Below are positions 1-9,789 of a DNA stretch of 64,000 bases, piece by piece. The stretch is from the IMG/VR virus record IMGVR_UViG_3300033069_002007, positions 20,908-84,907 of that record; one strand, 5' to 3'. Each line of letters opens with the position of its first letter. Position 1 is the first letter of the stretch. A program made the translations under genes and the position numbers. The notes below the pieces were generated by a model. It saw only the letters and a list, made by a program, of their open reading frames with translations. It was not told the DNA's origin and made no database searches. Source of the DNA: a virus. Its lineage: Duplodnaviria > Caudoviricetes.

Positions 1-100
1 CTCGATGTACTACCCCGGGAACAAAATCCTCTATACTAAACAAACTAGGATTAGTTTTAAAAGAAAGTTTAAAGGGATACGATTTGGTAACATCACCCAT
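1..100 (-). CDS. 5' part of a gene running off the window start (MGDVTKSYPFKLSF...), probably late/structural
   Basis: ATG at 100, frame open to position 1, preceded by ATACTAAT motif on minus strand (108-115). Confidence 0.5.
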   Translation of the reverse strand, partial: MGDVTKSYPFKLSFKTNPSLFSIEDFVPGVVHR

Positions 101-106
101 ACCCTC

Positions 107-122
107 AATTAGTATACTAATT
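107..122. promoter_or_regulatory. Perfect 16-bp palindrome AATTAGTATACTAATT carrying the ATACTAAT putative late-promoter motif on both strands
   Basis: Directly seen; lies between divergent ATGs at 100 (-) and 127 (+). Confidence 0.65.
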
Positions 123-126
123 TCCT

Positions 127-750
127 ATGAGTAGGTTTAACGATAAAATATCTATAGCTCAGGTTTTCTATACATCCCTGAAACTATATAAAACACAAGT
201 TGACAATAAAGCAAGAAGAGCTCAAAAAGATATACGATCAGCTAAAATAATCAACAAAAACAATTTTGAATATAATCGATCAACTAAAACTTGGGAACAA
301 ACTGGTAGATCAAGTAAATTGGTTATAGAAGTCAGGTCTGATCCTAGATCATATCCAGCAATAGATACGATAAGAATACATAAGTATCCTATAGTGTTTG
401 AGTTTCAGGATATATTTAAAGGTGCAGAAACTCCTTTTAAATGGAGAGAAGGATCTCAGAAAAAACCAGTATTTAAAGTTCCAGGTAAAGATTCCCAAGA
501 TATAGCTGACATAAATATTAGAGCACAGATACAGATGCAATTCTTCTTTGATATGGTTTGGGTTGCAAAACAAAACAATTTACTTTGGGGGATTTGTCAT
601 GCTAATAGACCACCATCAATTAGGAACCCTAAAAAATTGATATACTTTGGTAAGCATGCTTATTGGGCGGTTAAAAATATAGTCATTCCGCTTTTGAGTA
701 GTGATAAGTTAAAACAAGGTGTTGTGAAGAATAAATACAGACAGGATTAA
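127..750 (+). CDS. Hypothetical protein, 207 aa (C-terminal RPPxIRNP...KH motif reminiscent of large-phage proteins)
   Basis: Clean ORF behind ATACTAAT motif; no confident family. Confidence 0.6.
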   Translation: MSRFNDKISIAQVFYTSLKLYKTQVDNKARRAQKDIRSAKIINKNNFEYNRSTKTWEQTGRSSKLVIEVRSDPRSYPAIDTIRIHKYPIVFEFQDIFKGAETPFKWREGSQKKPVFKVPGKDSQDIADINIRAQIQMQFFFDMVWVAKQNNLLWGICHANRPPSIRNPKKLIYFGKHAYWAVKNIVIPLLSSDKLKQGVVKNKYRQD

Positions 751-1370
751 AATCTCAATGCTCTAATTGCTTTCTTTTCAGCATTTAATTTTTGTATGAA
801 TTCATTAACTATAGGTTCCATATCTTTAGGAGTTGGCCCTCGATACAAAGCCAGTTGAACTCTTTTTGATACTATATTTTTCCCAAAAAAGGAACCCAGA
901 AACTTAGTTATTTCTAATATCATGGGAATAGCATTTTGTCTCTCATCATAGAATACGTCAACTATTTTGTCATGTTGATTCAGGAAAACAGGATCTTTAT
1001 CGTATTCACCTTCAAATACTAGTTCTCCTTCAATTGGAAGTATATCCATAATATCTATACCTGTTACCGGAGAGTCAGTAGTAGGCATATCTCTTTTTTG
1101 GAATATCTCGATGCGATTAAAAGGATAATTAATTCTAACATTGGTTAATTCGTGACTATCTAGTCGTTCCTTAAAGTCTCCAAGTACTGATTTCTGTTGA
1201 AGCGTTCCTCTTTGTTTATAATAAGGTTTAACTACTTTATATACTCTTAGTAACTTAACATTAGTACCGGTTACATTTGCTTGAACATCTGACAATCTTC
1301 GTATAACCGGAGATACTGAATCAGATACTCTGTCTAATATAGAATAGTCACGAATTGTTTGCTCAGACAT
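747..1370 (-). CDS. Hypothetical protein, probably virion/head associated
   Basis: 207 aa ORF translationally coupled to 1370..1870, downstream of late motif. Confidence 0.55.
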   Translation of the reverse strand: MSEQTIRDYSILDRVSDSVSPVIRRLSDVQANVTGTNVKLLRVYKVVKPYYKQRGTLQQKSVLGDFKERLDSHELTNVRINYPFNRIEIFQKRDMPTTDSPVTGIDIMDILPIEGELVFEGEYDKDPVFLNQHDKIVDVFYDERQNAIPMILEITKFLGSFFGKNIVSKRVQLALYRGPTPKDMEPIVNEFIQKLNAEKKAIRALRF

Positions 1371-1870
1371 TATTTTGCTACTAAATCGTCTTCCTCTTCT
1401 TCGTCTTCCTCGTCTGAATCCTTATCGTTCATGTTGAGTTCTCTGTCTTCACCGTCTTCCTCATCTTGTAGGTCATCAGTAGCAAACTCATCGTCGTTTT
1501 CCATATCTGAGTCGTCTTCGGAATCATCTTGTGAGTCATCATCTAGTGTTGTTTCCATACTTTCAACTTCAGAATCATCTAGATTAAAATCTTGTCCTTC
1601 TTCTGGAACTACATCAGCATATTCCTTCGCTAATGCTTTCATCTTGATAATGACTTTGTCAAGCATGTTTAGACCACTAGTTGAGGAATCACCATCTTCA
1701 GCAAACGCCTCAGACATTCCTAAAAACATACCAATAGCTAAACTGTTAATTGAGATTGATGGATTTTCTTTGTACTTTAAAATGAATTTTTTTATTTGAT
1801 CGGCTAACTGCATTATTGATTGCGAATTGGAAGCCGTTCCTTCTGTAATAGAAGTAAGAGTTTTTTTCAT
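1370..1870 (-). CDS. Highly acidic protein (D/E-rich C-terminal half), candidate prohead core/scaffold-type protein
   Basis: Low-complexity acidic tail, GAGGA SD, ATACTAAT motif upstream. Confidence 0.55.
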   Translation of the reverse strand: MKKTLTSITEGTASNSQSIMQLADQIKKFILKYKENPSISINSLAIGMFLGMSEAFAEDGDSSTSGLNMLDKVIIKMKALAKEYADVVPEEGQDFNLDDSEVESMETTLDDDSQDDSEDDSDMENDDEFATDDLQDEEDGEDRELNMNDKDSDEEDEEEEDDLVAK

Positions 1871-1898
1871 ACTAATTTCCTCACAAGTAATTAGTATG
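1868..1898 (-). promoter_or_regulatory. Late-motif promoter plus 10-bp stem-loop that sequesters the start codon (SD in the loop)
   Basis: Minus strand reads CATACTAATT-ACTTGTGAGGA-AATTAGTATG. Confidence 0.65.
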
Positions 1899-1911
1899 AA
1901 AAAATAATTAG

Positions 1912-2172
1912 TTAAGTTAAAAAGATTTGAACTCGATCACCTTTAGTGAGTTGAATTTGTTGATTCTTCCATTCAAGACCATTGTTGATAACTTCATAAA
2001 GTCTTACTTTAGAATCACCAAAGTTTTTCTTGATTCGTTTCAACCAATGATTATGTCTAAGGTCTAACTCTTTGTCTGAATTAAAGATTTCATTCTGGGA
2101 AATTTGTAAGATTCCACCACTCTTTTTCAACTCTTGAAATGATTGTTTGTCTTTAGGTTCTTGTTTAGCCAT
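1912..2172 (-). CDS. Hypothetical protein, 86 aa
   Basis: ORF with AGGAG SD. Confidence 0.6.
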   Translation of the reverse strand: MAKQEPKDKQSFQELKKSGGILQISQNEIFNSDKELDLRHNHWLKRIKKNFGDSKVRLYEVINNGLEWKNQQIQLTKGDRVQIFLT

Positions 2173-2238
2173 TGTTATCTCCTAGTAAAAAATAAGTCTC
2201 AATTCGTATCCTCTAGAGACCAACGAGGAAAGTAGGAG

Positions 2239-3093
2239 TTATTTACTTCGTTTCACTTTCTTTTTAGCAGCTGCTTTTTTCTTTGCAACTGGTTTAGCCT
2301 TTTTCTTTTGAATAGGTAAAGACTTCTTAACTGCTGCTTTTGAAGGAATAGTTACAACTTGTTCAGTTCGACTAGATTTCACAATTTTGAAAACTTCATA
2401 TTCACATACTCTCATTTTTGAATTGTTATAGTCGTTAGGAACAGCAACTACATCTTTTGGATTCACTAGGACTTCAACGATCGTATCTCCACTAAAGCTA
2501 GAAACATAACCCCATGCACCAACATGTAGACCATAGGAACAAGTTTGGTTTGCATCAGGATTAACTCTTGATCGTTCCATCTTAACTACAGAACCAACAT
2601 TATTCACAATGGTTTGAGAGTAAGAATCTAATAATTTTTTCTTCTTACCTTCTCCACTAGAAGTAACTTTCTTATATCCAATGAATCGACCATCTTGAGT
2701 GAAAGCAAAATGGTTTGCTTCAAGGAAGCCAAACAATTGTTTTTTACTGTCTTCGGATGGATTCTTTTTAAGATTTGCCCAGAAATTTAAAAGATATCTG
2801 TGACTGATTCTTTTCTTCTTCATTTCAATGAGGCGTCTTACTAAGACTTCTGGCATTACATCGCCTTCATACTTAACAAATCCATCAGCTACTTTGATTT
2901 CTCCTTTTGTATAAGCTTCAACACCAGCTGCTTGATTAAGTAAGGCTTCTAAGGCTTTCCAATTAGATTCCTTAATAAGTTTTCTAACTTTTAGGATTTT
3001 AGATTTCTGAGACTCTTTAGAAAGAATGTATGGTGTCTTTCCGAAGATGATTGAAATCTGTGATTTTGTTTCAACGATATTTGGTTTTTTCAT
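2239..3093 (-). CDS. rIIB: rIIB-like protein with Lys/Ala-rich C-terminal tail
   Basis: CSYGLHV...VNPKDVVAVPNDYNNSKMRVCEYEV signature; adjacent to rIIA. Confidence 0.9.
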   Translation of the reverse strand: MKKPNIVETKSQISIIFGKTPYILSKESQKSKILKVRKLIKESNWKALEALLNQAAGVEAYTKGEIKVADGFVKYEGDVMPEVLVRRLIEMKKKRISHRYLLNFWANLKKNPSEDSKKQLFGFLEANHFAFTQDGRFIGYKKVTSSGEGKKKKLLDSYSQTIVNNVGSVVKMERSRVNPDANQTCSYGLHVGAWGYVSSFSGDTIVEVLVNPKDVVAVPNDYNNSKMRVCEYEVFKIVKSSRTEQVVTIPSKAAVKKSLPIQKKKAKPVAKKKAAAKKKVKRSK

Positions 3094-3115
3094 AGTTTTT
3101 TATTTACTCCTACTT

Positions 3116-5419
3116 TTAAATAATAAATAACTTTTTACAAATTTCTAATATTTTTTCCTTATATTGGTTAGATGAGAATAATCCTTGTCCCCCTCGATCA
3201 TAACAATACATTAGAGACGACAGTATCATATTAGTTTTGATACCAAGATTCAAATCGAGTATACCATCATATATGGTTTTACTCCTGGTTTTAATAACTG
3301 TCGGTTTATCTAGTTGTTTTAACTCAAAATTACAATTTTGTTGAGTTGAAAATATATTTTTATCTCTATTCCGCTTATTGAATATTCTGGCTAAAACTAT
3401 AGGTTTGTAATCACTAAATACCTTTCTTAACTCATCATGTGAATAAGAACTATTCCAGGATTTAAGCATGGTATTGTTTAAAAAAGTAGAATAAGTTTTT
3501 ATAAACTCTTTGGATTTCCAAATTTGTTTCAACTCAACCATTCCAACTTGATTTTCAAAGATATCTTTACTAGATTGTTTGACAATATATATTGGAATAT
3601 TTATTTTCAAATGTCTTAAAACTTCTAAACTTCTACCTACTAATAATTCAAAATCACTGGAACAATTTCTAATCAACCAATTAGGTGAATATTCTCGAAA
3701 ATTTGACAAAACATTATCATTAAGTAATATGTAAATTCCTTCAGTTACTTCTTGAGTTAGCATCTCATCGCTAAACAATTTTTTAGTTCGTCTCTGAAAA
3801 TAAAGTGTATTATCTTTTATTCTATCATTATTGCTAAAAAATACATACTGAAGTAAATTAATATGTACAGATTTTGGAATTTCTACTGGGACAGCAGCTG
3901 CAACTCCATTATGTATCACTTGAACTTCAGCTTTCTTTTTTGGTAAAGGCGTTGGGGCAATAGAGGAATAATTCACCACATCTATCCCATACTCCCTCAG
4001 TAATTGAGTTGCAGCTTTTAAGTTTTTAAGATATTCCTTTTTTATTGCATCATCTTTAAGTTTAGTTAGATCAAATGGTTCAATAAATATATCACTCTTC
4101 TTTTCATTATATATCGTATAGTTTATAGTCGCTTTACTTCTTATATCTTTGACGATCAATCTAATATTATCCATTCCTTCTGTTAGAATTCTGTCAACAA
4201 TATCAATAGTTTGCTTATTTCCCCATCTATGAGGTGCAACTCTAACAGAAAATCCCCCAACTTCAGAACTGTAATCTCTATCTACTATCATGGTTCTATT
4301 CTGAAAAACATTATTGATAATGTCTAAACTTTTAAATTTGTTTCCCTTCCAAGCTATCGACTCAATCTGAGATGTTTGTATTCCAAACAAACAATACAAA
4401 TTATTGTTTTTGATGGTTTTAAAAATAAATCTATGAGCCTGAATCAAAGAGGGTTGTGCATCTAGCTCCTTCTCTAAATCCAGTAGTAGTTTTTCACTAA
4501 CTTTTGAGATTTTAGTTTTTAGTTTTGTTATCGTGACCTCATAAAAGAATAATGTTTCTCTATTTGCTGATATACTTAACTCTCCATTTGAAAAGGGGAA
4601 ACATATAACCGTGTTATTCATACCAATATTTGCATTTAATCCTATAGTTCCGAATTGATTCAATGGAATAGGGTATTGAATGTCGTCAATAAGAATTATC
4701 AAACTGTTTAGAGTAGATTGATAATTATTGTTTCTGTATATTCTATACGCTGAGTTTATTTCTACTTCATCTAATTTAAGTTTGGATCTAGTAAAACCAA
4801 TTAGAGTTGGTTGAATCTTCCAAAAAAGAGTTGAATGTAAAACTCGATCCTGAAAAGTTGATTTGTCTTGACTCTTAATTGGGATGATAATGCTGGTTCC
4901 ATTTGGATCCTCAGTTTCAATTTCAGACAACAGAATCATTTCTCCTGTTCCTGCTGAATTCAGAGCTGCTGAATAGATGTACTTTATTTTGTCAACATTT
5001 GTTTCAACGAAGAAAGTATCAGTATAACTAAAAGGAGTCTTAGCCCCTAATCCAAAACCACCAGTTTGTTTGTTAGAATTTGTTTTTGTAGATGATCCAT
5101 AATTACAGAACACATCTTCCATTCTCGAAGGAGAAATTCCTGGTCCTTCATCTGTAAACATAATGACTGTTTCACTATCTGCGAATATCCAAGAATCCCT
5201 GATCGCAATAGTGATGGGCTTATTTGGTTTTCCAGCTTCTCTATTTGCATCACGAGCATTACAAGCAACTTCTCTACAAATTGCTCCAATTGGATCCTCA
5301 TACATTTTAGCTCTAAGGAACTCAAGAATTTTCCCAGTATCCTCTTTTCTGATACCAAATTCTATGGATTTAACATGACCATTTGTTTGAACTATTTCTT
5401 TGGATTCAGCTAACTTCAT
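3116..5419 (-). CDS. rIIA: rIIA-like protein (N-terminal GHKL/HSP90-type ATPase)
   Basis: REVACNARDA, DEGPGIS, YGSSTK...GGFGLGAKTPFSYTD motifs; paired with rIIB. Confidence 0.9.
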   Translation of the reverse strand: MKLAESKEIVQTNGHVKSIEFGIRKEDTGKILEFLRAKMYEDPIGAICREVACNARDANREAGKPNKPITIAIRDSWIFADSETVIMFTDEGPGISPSRMEDVFCNYGSSTKTNSNKQTGGFGLGAKTPFSYTDTFFVETNVDKIKYIYSAALNSAGTGEMILLSEIETEDPNGTSIIIPIKSQDKSTFQDRVLHSTLFWKIQPTLIGFTRSKLKLDEVEINSAYRIYRNNNYQSTLNSLIILIDDIQYPIPLNQFGTIGLNANIGMNNTVICFPFSNGELSISANRETLFFYEVTITKLKTKISKVSEKLLLDLEKELDAQPSLIQAHRFIFKTIKNNNLYCLFGIQTSQIESIAWKGNKFKSLDIINNVFQNRTMIVDRDYSSEVGGFSVRVAPHRWGNKQTIDIVDRILTEGMDNIRLIVKDIRSKATINYTIYNEKKSDIFIEPFDLTKLKDDAIKKEYLKNLKAATQLLREYGIDVVNYSSIAPTPLPKKKAEVQVIHNGVAAAVPVEIPKSVHINLLQYVFFSNNDRIKDNTLYFQRRTKKLFSDEMLTQEVTEGIYILLNDNVLSNFREYSPNWLIRNCSSDFELLVGRSLEVLRHLKINIPIYIVKQSSKDIFENQVGMVELKQIWKSKEFIKTYSTFLNNTMLKSWNSSYSHDELRKVFSDYKPIVLARIFNKRNRDKNIFSTQQNCNFELKQLDKPTVIKTRSKTIYDGILDLNLGIKTNMILSSLMYCYDRGGQGLFSSNQYKEKILEICKKLFII

Positions 5420-5542
5420 ATTTTAACTCCTACTTTACTTAAATAATAAATAGAAAATTTAACTTTTAATTAACAATATTGTTACTTTTTGTAAAAATAA
5501 AATAAAAATCAACAAAATACTAAATAGAGTCGAGGAATATTA

Positions 5543-7264
5543 ATGTCGAATAAAGAAAAAAATCCTAATTCTTTTCAACTTCCTAAACAATTACAAACCA
5601 AATTCGATGAATTTTCTACTAAAAAACATTTAACACAAACAGATAAACAGAGAAGATTAAAAGTTGTAGAAGAATGTATTGATGAGGCCATTAAGTATTT
5701 TATAAAAAATAAAATATATCCTTCTAGGGCCTTGTTAAGAAATGTTCTAGGTAAAGGTAGTATAACTTATCTAGAAGGAGCAGGGATAAAATACTCACAG
5801 TATGTAAGTAACAATTTTTCAAAAGAAATAGAAAGTTTAGTTGAGAAAGGCCATATATCAAAATTAGGTGGAAACTCAGCGGCAGGGAACTTAGCTCTGG
5901 GAATGAAGAGGAGGGATGACATTGAAAAATCATCTCATAATACCCAAGAAGAAAAAACATTCTTTGTTTCAGCTATTGTTCCTGGTTTCACTATAGATGC
6001 TAACTTCTTTAAATCGGTTGAGAATTTCTGTAAGATAAAAAATGCAACCCTCATTCTTCTACCTATGAAAGGTTTAGGTCCAGATGCAGTTTGGTTTAAA
6101 GGCGATTGGGAAAAAATTCAAGAATATGTTTACACCACTTATCAATTCAACTCTTCACTAAAGGCATTTGATATTCTTCTAAATGCAAACCAAATCAATC
6201 CTTTAACTGGTCTAGATAGATTTGGTCAAAAAGATTTCTCATTGATAGTTGCTAGTCCTAAACAACAGATGAAGTCAGTTGCTGTTTCAGTTAATAAACC
6301 ACCTCACATATTATTGACAACTGGGACGATTTGTAAAAATGAAGATTATACAAACAATCGAATTGGAATGTTAGCTCTTCAGGATCATATCCTTGGAGGA
6401 TTAATTGTTGAAGTTAAAGGTAAAACCTTTCATGTTAGACAAGTTCAAGCTGATCAAGATGGTTCTTTCGTTGATATAGGAACAGTTTATAGTTCAAATA
6501 AAACTAAAAAAGTTATCCCTAAGTTGTATCTAGGTGATAGCCATGCTGGTTGGCAAGATGAAAAGGCATTGGAGTCAACATTTGAACAGATTGAACATCA
6601 TGGTTGTGAAGAAATATTTATTGGAGACTTATTTGATGGAACAAGTATATCTCATCATCACATAAAAAACATAAAAGCTCAATTAGATAGACCTCATCAT
6701 CTTAACACTTTAGAAAAAGAACTCAATACTGTAGCAAGCTATCTGAAACGATTTAGAGACAAATTTCCGGATTTAAAAATAAATATCGTTCGTTCAAATC
6801 ATGATGAGCACTTAGACAAATACCTGAACGATGGTCGATATGTAGATGATAGATGGAATCACAGATTGGCTCTAGACCTCGCTATTGATCTCCTAGAAGG
6901 TAGAAACCCTATTGAATGTTGGGTCGTAAAAAATTATCCTGAATTGAAACATAATATAACTTGGTTAAAACGAACTGACTCATACAAAGTTAAACATATT
7001 GAATTAGCAGCACATGGTGATAAAGGTTCAAATGGATCCTTTGGAACCGCTTTAAATCTAGAGAATTCCTATGGTGCCTGTGTAGTCGGACATCAACATA
7101 CTCCTCAAATTCTCAGAGGTGTTTATGTAGTAGGAACATTGACTAAGTTACAACTTCCTTACACTGAAGGTAGCCCGTCTAGTTGGCTTCATGCAAATTG
7201 TAGTATCTATGATTCTGGTCAGAGACAAATGTTAATAATAGTAAACGGTGAATGGAAAATATGA
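5543..7264 (+). CDS. Calcineurin-like metallophosphoesterase, T5 A1-like putative nuclease
   Basis: GDSH, GDLFD, SNHD, HGD, GHQH metal-binding motifs; QINPLTGL/ASPKQ/TTG segments resemble A1-type phage proteins as recalled. Confidence 0.75.
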   Translation: MSNKEKNPNSFQLPKQLQTKFDEFSTKKHLTQTDKQRRLKVVEECIDEAIKYFIKNKIYPSRALLRNVLGKGSITYLEGAGIKYSQYVSNNFSKEIESLVEKGHISKLGGNSAAGNLALGMKRRDDIEKSSHNTQEEKTFFVSAIVPGFTIDANFFKSVENFCKIKNATLILLPMKGLGPDAVWFKGDWEKIQEYVYTTYQFNSSLKAFDILLNANQINPLTGLDRFGQKDFSLIVASPKQQMKSVAVSVNKPPHILLTTGTICKNEDYTNNRIGMLALQDHILGGLIVEVKGKTFHVRQVQADQDGSFVDIGTVYSSNKTKKVIPKLYLGDSHAGWQDEKALESTFEQIEHHGCEEIFIGDLFDGTSISHHHIKNIKAQLDRPHHLNTLEKELNTVASYLKRFRDKFPDLKINIVRSNHDEHLDKYLNDGRYVDDRWNHRLALDLAIDLLEGRNPIECWVVKNYPELKHNITWLKRTDSYKVKHIELAAHGDKGSNGSFGTALNLENSYGACVVGHQHTPQILRGVYVVGTLTKLQLPYTEGSPSSWLHANCSIYDSGQRQMLIIVNGEWKI

Positions 7265-7782
7265 AAGAGAAAGATAAATTCAACGAAATTAGGGAAGTGT
7301 TTCTTATTGGAGACATAGAACAAAAAACCTATGAGATAATGGAAGACCTCATTAAGGATAGAAAGAACTATAGCACTATTAAATTGTACATAAATAGTTT
7401 TGGTGGTGACACATGGATCGGATATTCAATTATCAACACTCTAAGGATGTTGAAAAAGAAAATCATAACTGTTAATTGTGGAAACTGCTATTCAATGGCT
7501 TACAATATTTACATACTTGGAGACGAGAGATTAGCGTTTAAAGACTCAATGTTTATGATTCATGATGGGTCACAACAATTAAATGGCAGCACTCAAACAG
7601 TAAGACGAGTCATGGAGTTAGATAATTGGATATGCCAGAAGTTGAATAAAGACATTATCAATTTAACTAAGTTCAATGAGAAGAAGTTAAAAATAATTCT
7701 AGACAAGAATGAGGACTACTACTTCTTTGCAAAAGAAGGTATCCTCAATGGAACTTGTCATAAGATTATATCTAGTATTTAG
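7261..7782 (+). CDS. clpP: ClpP-like serine protease
   Basis: LYINSFGG, CYSMA (catalytic Ser), MFMIHD (His); ATGA overlap with upstream stop suggests start at 7261. Confidence 0.85.
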   Translation: MKEKDKFNEIREVFLIGDIEQKTYEIMEDLIKDRKNYSTIKLYINSFGGDTWIGYSIINTLRMLKKKIITVNCGNCYSMAYNIYILGDERLAFKDSMFMIHDGSQQLNGSTQTVRRVMELDNWICQKLNKDIINLTKFNEKKLKIILDKNEDYYFFAKEGILNGTCHKIISSI

Positions 7783-7787
7783 AAAGT

Positions 7788-8090
7788 TTAGTATGATATT
7801 TTAAATTGGTTTCCTGGTAAAATATCTATTGTTTGAAAATGTTCATTATATGAGGTATTGAATCTTTCTAAGTTATCTTTCAACTCATCAATAGTGATCC
7901 CACTAACAATAAATAACTGTTTATTCATAACTTTAACTTTCTTAAAAAATTTATTCAAAGCTCGTTTCAAAGCATCTGAATTTTTCCATTTATAGTTTTT
8001 AGGATCAGATAACCCAGCTCGTTTTTCTGTTTCCCTATCAACTGAATAATATTCAGACTCTGAATAAATTGATTTGTATCTTTCCATCAT
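7788..8090 (-). CDS. Hypothetical protein
   Basis: ORF in minus-strand run. Confidence 0.55.
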   Translation of the reverse strand: MMERYKSIYSESEYYSVDRETEKRAGLSDPKNYKWKNSDALKRALNKFFKKVKVMNKQLFIVSGITIDELKDNLERFNTSYNEHFQTIDILPGNQFKISY

Positions 8091-8104
8091 AATCTAATTA
8101 GTAT

Positions 8105-8359
8105 TTATCCATTTAAACGTTGATATCTTTTTCTATATTCCTCCCAAATAAGAATTGGATTATGTTTAATACTAGTTTTAATTCTACCCAATTTATCCTT
8201 TTCTGAGAAGTCTCTGTACTGTAAGTATAGTTTGAAGGAAATAGTTTTCAACTTAAGTTTTTTCCTTTCTCCATTATGGCATGCCCAAGCATTTCTTAAC
8301 GGATTCTCTTTAAAATACTTTTTAAGTTTCTCTCGTCTTTCTTCAAGTGTAGCTGCCAT
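8105..8359 (-). CDS. Hypothetical basic protein
   Basis: ORF with GAGAG/SD-like leader, tight packing. Confidence 0.55.
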   Translation of the reverse strand: MAATLEERREKLKKYFKENPLRNAWACHNGERKKLKLKTISFKLYLQYRDFSEKDKLGRIKTSIKHNPILIWEEYRKRYQRLNG

Positions 8360-8360
8360 A

Positions 8361-8696
8361 TCACTCTCCTCTTAAAATGTCTAATGCTAGATTTACTCGT
8401 TTCAACTGATTCTTGTGTTGTTCAACTCTCTTGGACTTCAGTGGATCGATAATACTTGACATCAATTCCTTCTGTCTTTCTTCTAATTTTTCAATCGTTC
8501 CGTACTTATGCAACCACATAAGAGGAAATCTTTTATCAGGTTTGTTCCAATCTGGTTTGAAGCTACCATCTTTTTTCTTCTCTCCATCTTTTCTTGATTT
8601 CCAAAACTCATCGACTGTCATAAAAGGTTTACCTGCTTTTTGACATCTCCAACGATAGGAGAAATACGCGTCGTTTTTTGATCTTAATTTAACCAT
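8361..8696 (-). CDS. Hypothetical protein
   Basis: ORF overlapping denV-like gene end. Confidence 0.55.
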   Translation of the reverse strand: MVKLRSKNDAYFSYRWRCQKAGKPFMTVDEFWKSRKDGEKKKDGSFKPDWNKPDKRFPLMWLHKYGTIEKLEERQKELMSSIIDPLKSKRVEQHKNQLKRVNLALDILRGE

Positions 8697-9148
8697 TGTG
8701 GAACCTCTCTAAACTTCCAACTATGAAGATGTGACTTACCTAACTTATAATAATTTCTGTAACTCTGAAGTGAATCACCAGGAATCTTATATTCGTCAGG
8801 CATAGCTGGTGTTGGTTGAGTCCAACCTAAACTTGGTAGATCAGGCACATTATCTTTAGCCCACTCGATAACATAACTAGACTTATGCTTCCTACCATAT
8901 CTATACTCATATTCTTTAGCAACTTCTAAACCTAAACAACATAACCATAAATAATTTTCTCTCGACTGTCTTACCCAAACAGCTGAAGGATGATTTACGT
9001 GAGTTTTCTTATACCATCCTTCTGATCCTGTCACCCAATGAGTTGTAGAAAGTAATTGTGCGTATTCTAAAAGCATTTTTACAACATGACGATCTACATG
9101 ATATCTTGCTGACTTTTGTAAATCATTGTCCAAATAAAATATGTTCAT
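8684..9148 (-). CDS. denV: Pyrimidine-dimer DNA glycosylase family (endonuclease V/DenV-like)
   Basis: MNIFYLD...DRHVVKMLLEYAQLLST...THVNHPSAVWVR signature. Confidence 0.8.
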   Translation of the reverse strand: MNIFYLDNDLQKSARYHVDRHVVKMLLEYAQLLSTTHWVTGSEGWYKKTHVNHPSAVWVRQSRENYLWLCCLGLEVAKEYEYRYGRKHKSSYVIEWAKDNVPDLPSLGWTQPTPAMPDEYKIPGDSLQSYRNYYKLGKSHLHSWKFREVPQWLN

Positions 9149-9177
9149 TGTAACTCCTACTTAAATAATAAATGAGT

Positions 9178-9729
9178 TTAACCCATTCGTTTAAACAATT
9201 CTCTGGTCATACGAACATCATTCATTGCTTCATGAATGTCTCCAGTTTGTTTTATACCCAAATATTTACAAACTGTTGCTTGTTTGAAGTTTTCCATATT
9301 TGGTCTATCCATCATGAGTTTAAAAGCTGACAAATCCATAACATCAATAGCCGGGCTCCAGAACCAGGAACCAAAATATTTGTCGTCGTTTAGGAGAAAC
9401 CATTCTCTCAGGAATTTTTCATCGAATCCAATATTGTAACCTATTAGGAAAGCTTTATCTCTCGGATTATATGGATCAATTACTGACCCTAGAAATTCTT
9501 TGAAAATTTTAAATTGATCAGTGTGATGAGGTAAACTCATCAAGTCATCTATTTTTAGACCAACTAAATCAAGTGATTCCTGATTGAATTCCCTATTATC
9601 CCAAGGTCTAAGTTTAATTTCAAACTCAAGAGTTTTGTTAAAGTCTTCATATATCAATCCTAGTTGATATAATGAGTTTTTCTTCTCATCGAATCCTGTT
9701 GTTTCTGTATCCAGAAATATCAATTTCAT
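9178..9729 (-). CDS. DEDDh 3'-5' exonuclease (DnaQ-like)
   Basis: FLDTETTG, GYNIGFD, HEAMND motifs; ATG start at 9729. Confidence 0.9.
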   Translation of the reverse strand: MKLIFLDTETTGFDEKKNSLYQLGLIYEDFNKTLEFEIKLRPWDNREFNQESLDLVGLKIDDLMSLPHHTDQFKIFKEFLGSVIDPYNPRDKAFLIGYNIGFDEKFLREWFLLNDDKYFGSWFWSPAIDVMDLSAFKLMMDRPNMENFKQATVCKYLGIKQTGDIHEAMNDVRMTRELFKRMG

Positions 9730-9789
9730 TTTTTGTTTTTCTCCATCCAAGAATTAGACATATACATTTCAGATGTATTGTCTTTTGAT

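Noticed and set aside
1359-1799. Plus-strand poly-Ser ORF (146 aa)
   Set aside because: Antisense shadow of the acidic D/E-rich gene 1370..1870
5047-5378. Alternative-frame ORFs inside rIIA
   Set aside because: Overlap a well-supported conserved gene; no SD or motifs
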